Of a DNA stretch of 54,702 bases, positions 52,151-54,702 are shown piece by piece (positions within the stretch are counted from its first letter, which is position 1; every line of letters begins with the position of its first letter). Source of the DNA: an uncultured Thermoplasmatales archaeon. GTDB taxonomy: Archaea > Thermoplasmatota > E2 > DHVEG-1. Where the stretch lies: assembly GCA_964578185.1 (NCBI GenBank), contig CAZOBL010000002.1:15007-69708 (forward strand). Reading direction: 5' to 3'. The translations under genes were made by a program, and so were the position numbers. Under the pieces are notes generated by a model. It ran no database searches. It had not been told where the DNA came from and was given only the letters and a program-made list of their open reading frames with translations.

Positions 52151-54702
52151 TTGGGAATCCGGGATGCAAAAACTCTAAGTGTAAGGTTAAATGTAATCAT
52201 AGCATTTCTTATATATATATTAGTTTTAAATATATTGTTTTTTTCGAGTATAGCTTCAGCATCAATAGCCGAATCATCATTTAGTATATCAGAGCCGATC
52301 ATTCTTGATAGTTCAGCAAATCCAATTAAAGTGACACCTGGCGACTTAATGAATTTTTCAGCAACAATTTTTGATTTACATGGTATAGATACAGTGCAAG
52401 CAAAAATTGAACACGAAAAAGGCTACGATTTAATAAATCTAGATATAGATGAAGGATCAAATATTTTTGGAAAATGGAGTGGAACATGGAAAGTTCATGA
52501 TACACTAGCAAAAAAATATAACACATTTTTAACTGCTTATTCAAAATCAGGATTAAAATCTTCTAGCATAATTAATTGGTATGATCCAGCACCATGGTGG
52601 AATATAAATTGGGGTTTTCGTAAGATAATAACATTAAACAGTAGTTATGTTGTTAGCGATCAAACTAATTTTCCAGTTCTCATATCTATTACTGACACTG
52701 ATCTTAGGGACGACGCTCAAAACGATGGAGATGACATCGCATTTACTGATAGTAGTGGAAATCAACTTGATCATGAAATAGACGAATTCAATAATGCCAC
52801 TGGGGAGCTACTTGCGTGGGTAAATGTAACAAGTCTAACCAGTGGGTCCGATACAGAACTCTACATGTATTATAACAATCCAAGTTGCAGCAGTCAGGAA
52901 AATGCTGCAGATTTATGGTCTAGTTATTCAATGGTTTATCATCTTAATGAACCATCAGGTATTTCTGGTGCTGATTCTGTTTCTGATAGCACCGGTAACA
53001 CTGGGGGGACTCCATCAGTTGGATTAAGTTTCGGAGAAACAGGTAAAATTGGTAACTGTACTGATTTTTCATCAGGTACTGGTATTAATTGTGGAACTTT
53101 AGGTTCTCCTTTATTAACTGCTGATACAACTATTTCTTTTTGGATATATGCAACTAGTTATTCTTCTCCGTCAAGACAGAATCCTTTCGATCATTCATAT
53201 GGTGGATGGGGTACCATGACAATTGAAACCAACAGCAGAATAAGTTGGTTTTTTGGCAGTAATGGCGGAGATAACAGCCCTTATGGGCAACATTCATCGA
53301 ATAATTTGATGGCAAATGGTGAATGGATATGGGTTACAGCCGTAAGAGACGATACAGCAAAAACATATTCTTGGTATAAAAATGGAGCTTCTTTGAACAG
53401 CGACTCTTACACAGCGTCTTATCCAAATATTCAAAATCAGGTTTTCACAATCGGAGATGGATATGTTAACCCCATCAATGCCAAAATGGACGAGTTTCGT
53501 GTTTCAACTGTTCCCCGATCTGCAAATTGGATAGAAACAGAATACAATAACATTATGAATGCTAATGATGGTGGATTTTTCACTGTTGGGGAAGAAGAAA
53601 TTGCAATACCAACACAACCAACGCTTAATACACCTGCAAATAATAGTTACATTCAGGATACAACTCCTACTTTTGATTGGGATTCAAGTGATAATGCACA
53701 AAACTATACTCTTTTAGTTGATGATGAATCAGATCTTACAGATGGTGACGAGTGGATTAATTACAGTTTTGATTCTTCTACAACAAGTAACACTACACCA
53801 TCAGCTAAAGCTCTATCTGAGGGTATATGGTATTGGCAGGTAGTTGCAAATAATTCAAATGGGCAAAACAGATCAGCAAAAAGAAATTTTATTGTAGATA
53901 CAACAGGTCCAAATGCAACTTCTTTACTCTTGCCCGCAGATAACAATAATACCGCAAATAATCAAATAACTTTCAGTTGGAATACAGCAAATGACAATAC
54001 AACAAACACATCACAAGTATCGGGAATAAAAGAATACGAATTATGGATAGATGATAACTCCTTATTTTCCTCTCCAACCTTAACTAACACCTCTAGTACA
54101 TCTTCACAACAAACAGTTGAAGGTATAACGTATTGGAAAATACGGGCATGGGACAACGCAGGAAACCCAGGCCAGTTCTCTGAGACACACCAACTCAATG
54201 CCTTTGATTTTTCTTTAAGCCTAAATTCTAATACTATGCAGTTAATGAAAGGCGAAACTCAAAGCTTGACATTAACAATAAATAAATTATATTCAGGAAG
54301 TGAAGACGAACAAGTAAACCTATCTTACTCATGGATTGGAACTGAACCATCAGGGGTAACTGTATCTTTTGATTCTACAACAGTAAATGCATCCAACGAT
54401 ACCAGTATGGATTTTGAAATCGGTGATAACGCGACAACCGGAACATATACATGTAGAATCACCGGTCGATGGCAAGGATACAATAGAACAACTGATGCTG
54501 AGTTGACAACATCAGGTATGCTTTTTTCAATGGATGCATACCCGCAAACAATTTTTCTAAAAAGAGATGATCAAGAAACCTCAACAGTATCAATAGATTT
54601 TGATTTAGGCGCTCTAGAAGATGTTTCTTTATCTGGCAATTGGGTTGCAACAACACCTACTGGAGTAACTGCTGGACTAAGTGTCAACTCTGGCACTCCC
54701 TC
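52151..54702 (+). CDS. Large secreted DUF2341 + LamG (concanavalin-A-like) + repeated Ig/Fn3-like module surface protein; 3' partial. Not in the supplied ORF track because no stop occurs before the window end.
   Basis: I translated by hand a frame that is open from the stop at 52130-52132 to 54702. TTG 52151 follows GAGGGGA. Signal peptide is LNVIIAFLIYILVLNILFFSSIASA. DUF2341 signature: PWWNINWGFRKIITLN...FPVLISI...DIAFTDSSGNQLDHEIDEF...ELLAWVNV...LYMYYNN. LamG-like: ISFWIYA...GEWIWVTAVRD...MDEFRVS. Confidence 0.8.
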   Translation, partial: MGIRDAKTLSVRLNVIIAFLIYILVLNILFFSSIASASIAESSFSISEPIILDSSANPIKVTPGDLMNFSATIFDLHGIDTVQAKIEHEKGYDLINLDIDEGSNIFGKWSGTWKVHDTLAKKYNTFLTAYSKSGLKSSSIINWYDPAPWWNINWGFRKIITLNSSYVVSDQTNFPVLISITDTDLRDDAQNDGDDIAFTDSSGNQLDHEIDEFNNATGELLAWVNVTSLTSGSDTELYMYYNNPSCSSQENAADLWSSYSMVYHLNEPSGISGADSVSDSTGNTGGTPSVGLSFGETGKIGNCTDFSSGTGINCGTLGSPLLTADTTISFWIYATSYSSPSRQNPFDHSYGGWGTMTIETNSRISWFFGSNGGDNSPYGQHSSNNLMANGEWIWVTAVRDDTAKTYSWYKNGASLNSDSYTASYPNIQNQVFTIGDGYVNPINAKMDEFRVSTVPRSANWIETEYNNIMNANDGGFFTVGEEEIAIPTQPTLNTPANNSYIQDTTPTFDWDSSDNAQNYTLLVDDESDLTDGDEWINYSFDSSTTSNTTPSAKALSEGIWYWQVVANNSNGQNRSAKRNFIVDTTGPNATSLLLPADNNNTANNQITFSWNTANDNTTNTSQVSGIKEYELWIDDNSLFSSPTLTNTSSTSSQQTVEGITYWKIRAWDNAGNPGQFSETHQLNAFDFSLSLNSNTMQLMKGETQSLTLTINKLYSGSEDEQVNLSYSWIGTEPSGVTVSFDSTTVNASNDTSMDFEIGDNATTGTYTCRITGRWQGYNRTTDAELTTSGMLFSMDAYPQTIFLKRDDQETSTVSIDFDLGALEDVSLSGNWVATTPTGVTAGLSVNSGTP

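Overview
This is an AT-rich archaeal chromosomal segment. Archaeal hallmarks are Pth2, AglB/STT3, GGGP synthase, digeranylgeranyl-lipid reductase, NucS, a split GMP synthase and PGF-CTERM sorting signals. I count about 57 protein genes on both strands. I recognised no rRNA, tRNA, CRISPR array, transposase or integrase. All family assignments come from motif recognition in the translations; no database search was run.

Layout:
- 1-20.8 kb: housekeeping genes (pth2, prs, pyrC, purE-guaAB-guaAA, nucS), core ether-lipid genes (GGR, GGGPS, ubiX, IMPase), an unusually long AglB and sequon-rich surface proteins.
- 20.9-30.5 kb: an isoprenoid-tailoring-looking island. It holds B12-type radical SAM enzymes, a sulfotransferase, a second GGR-like flavoprotein, two paralogous CrtC/AttH/tocopherol-cyclase-like proteins, a SAM methyltransferase and a UbiA prenyltransferase.
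- 30.5-38.1 kb: peptidases (M18, M32), xth, small regulators, surface proteins and a decayed MTH938-like pseudogene.
- 38.1-44.2 kb: a RiPP-like set. It holds a transglutaminase-like protein, a B12 radical SAM enzyme, a PaaK/F390-synthetase-like adenylating ligase and a standalone YcaO. A GC-rich 21-codon ORF lies in the intergenic gap.
- 44.4-52.0 kb: a secreted protein, then a 10-gene operon (DUF134 regulator, two DUF5320-type RGG proteins, Mrp/NBP35, two NifX-like proteins, DUF89, two MinD/CooC-ferredoxin ATPases, cupin). Both units are preceded by the same 51-nt element.
- 52.15 kb to the end: an open-ended DUF2341/LamG surface protein that is missing from the ORF track.

The best candidates for an undescribed system are the NifX-like/MinD-ferredoxin metallocofactor operon with its shared operator, the YcaO-ligase-rSAM-transglutaminase cluster, and the prenyltransferase/cyclase-like lipid island.
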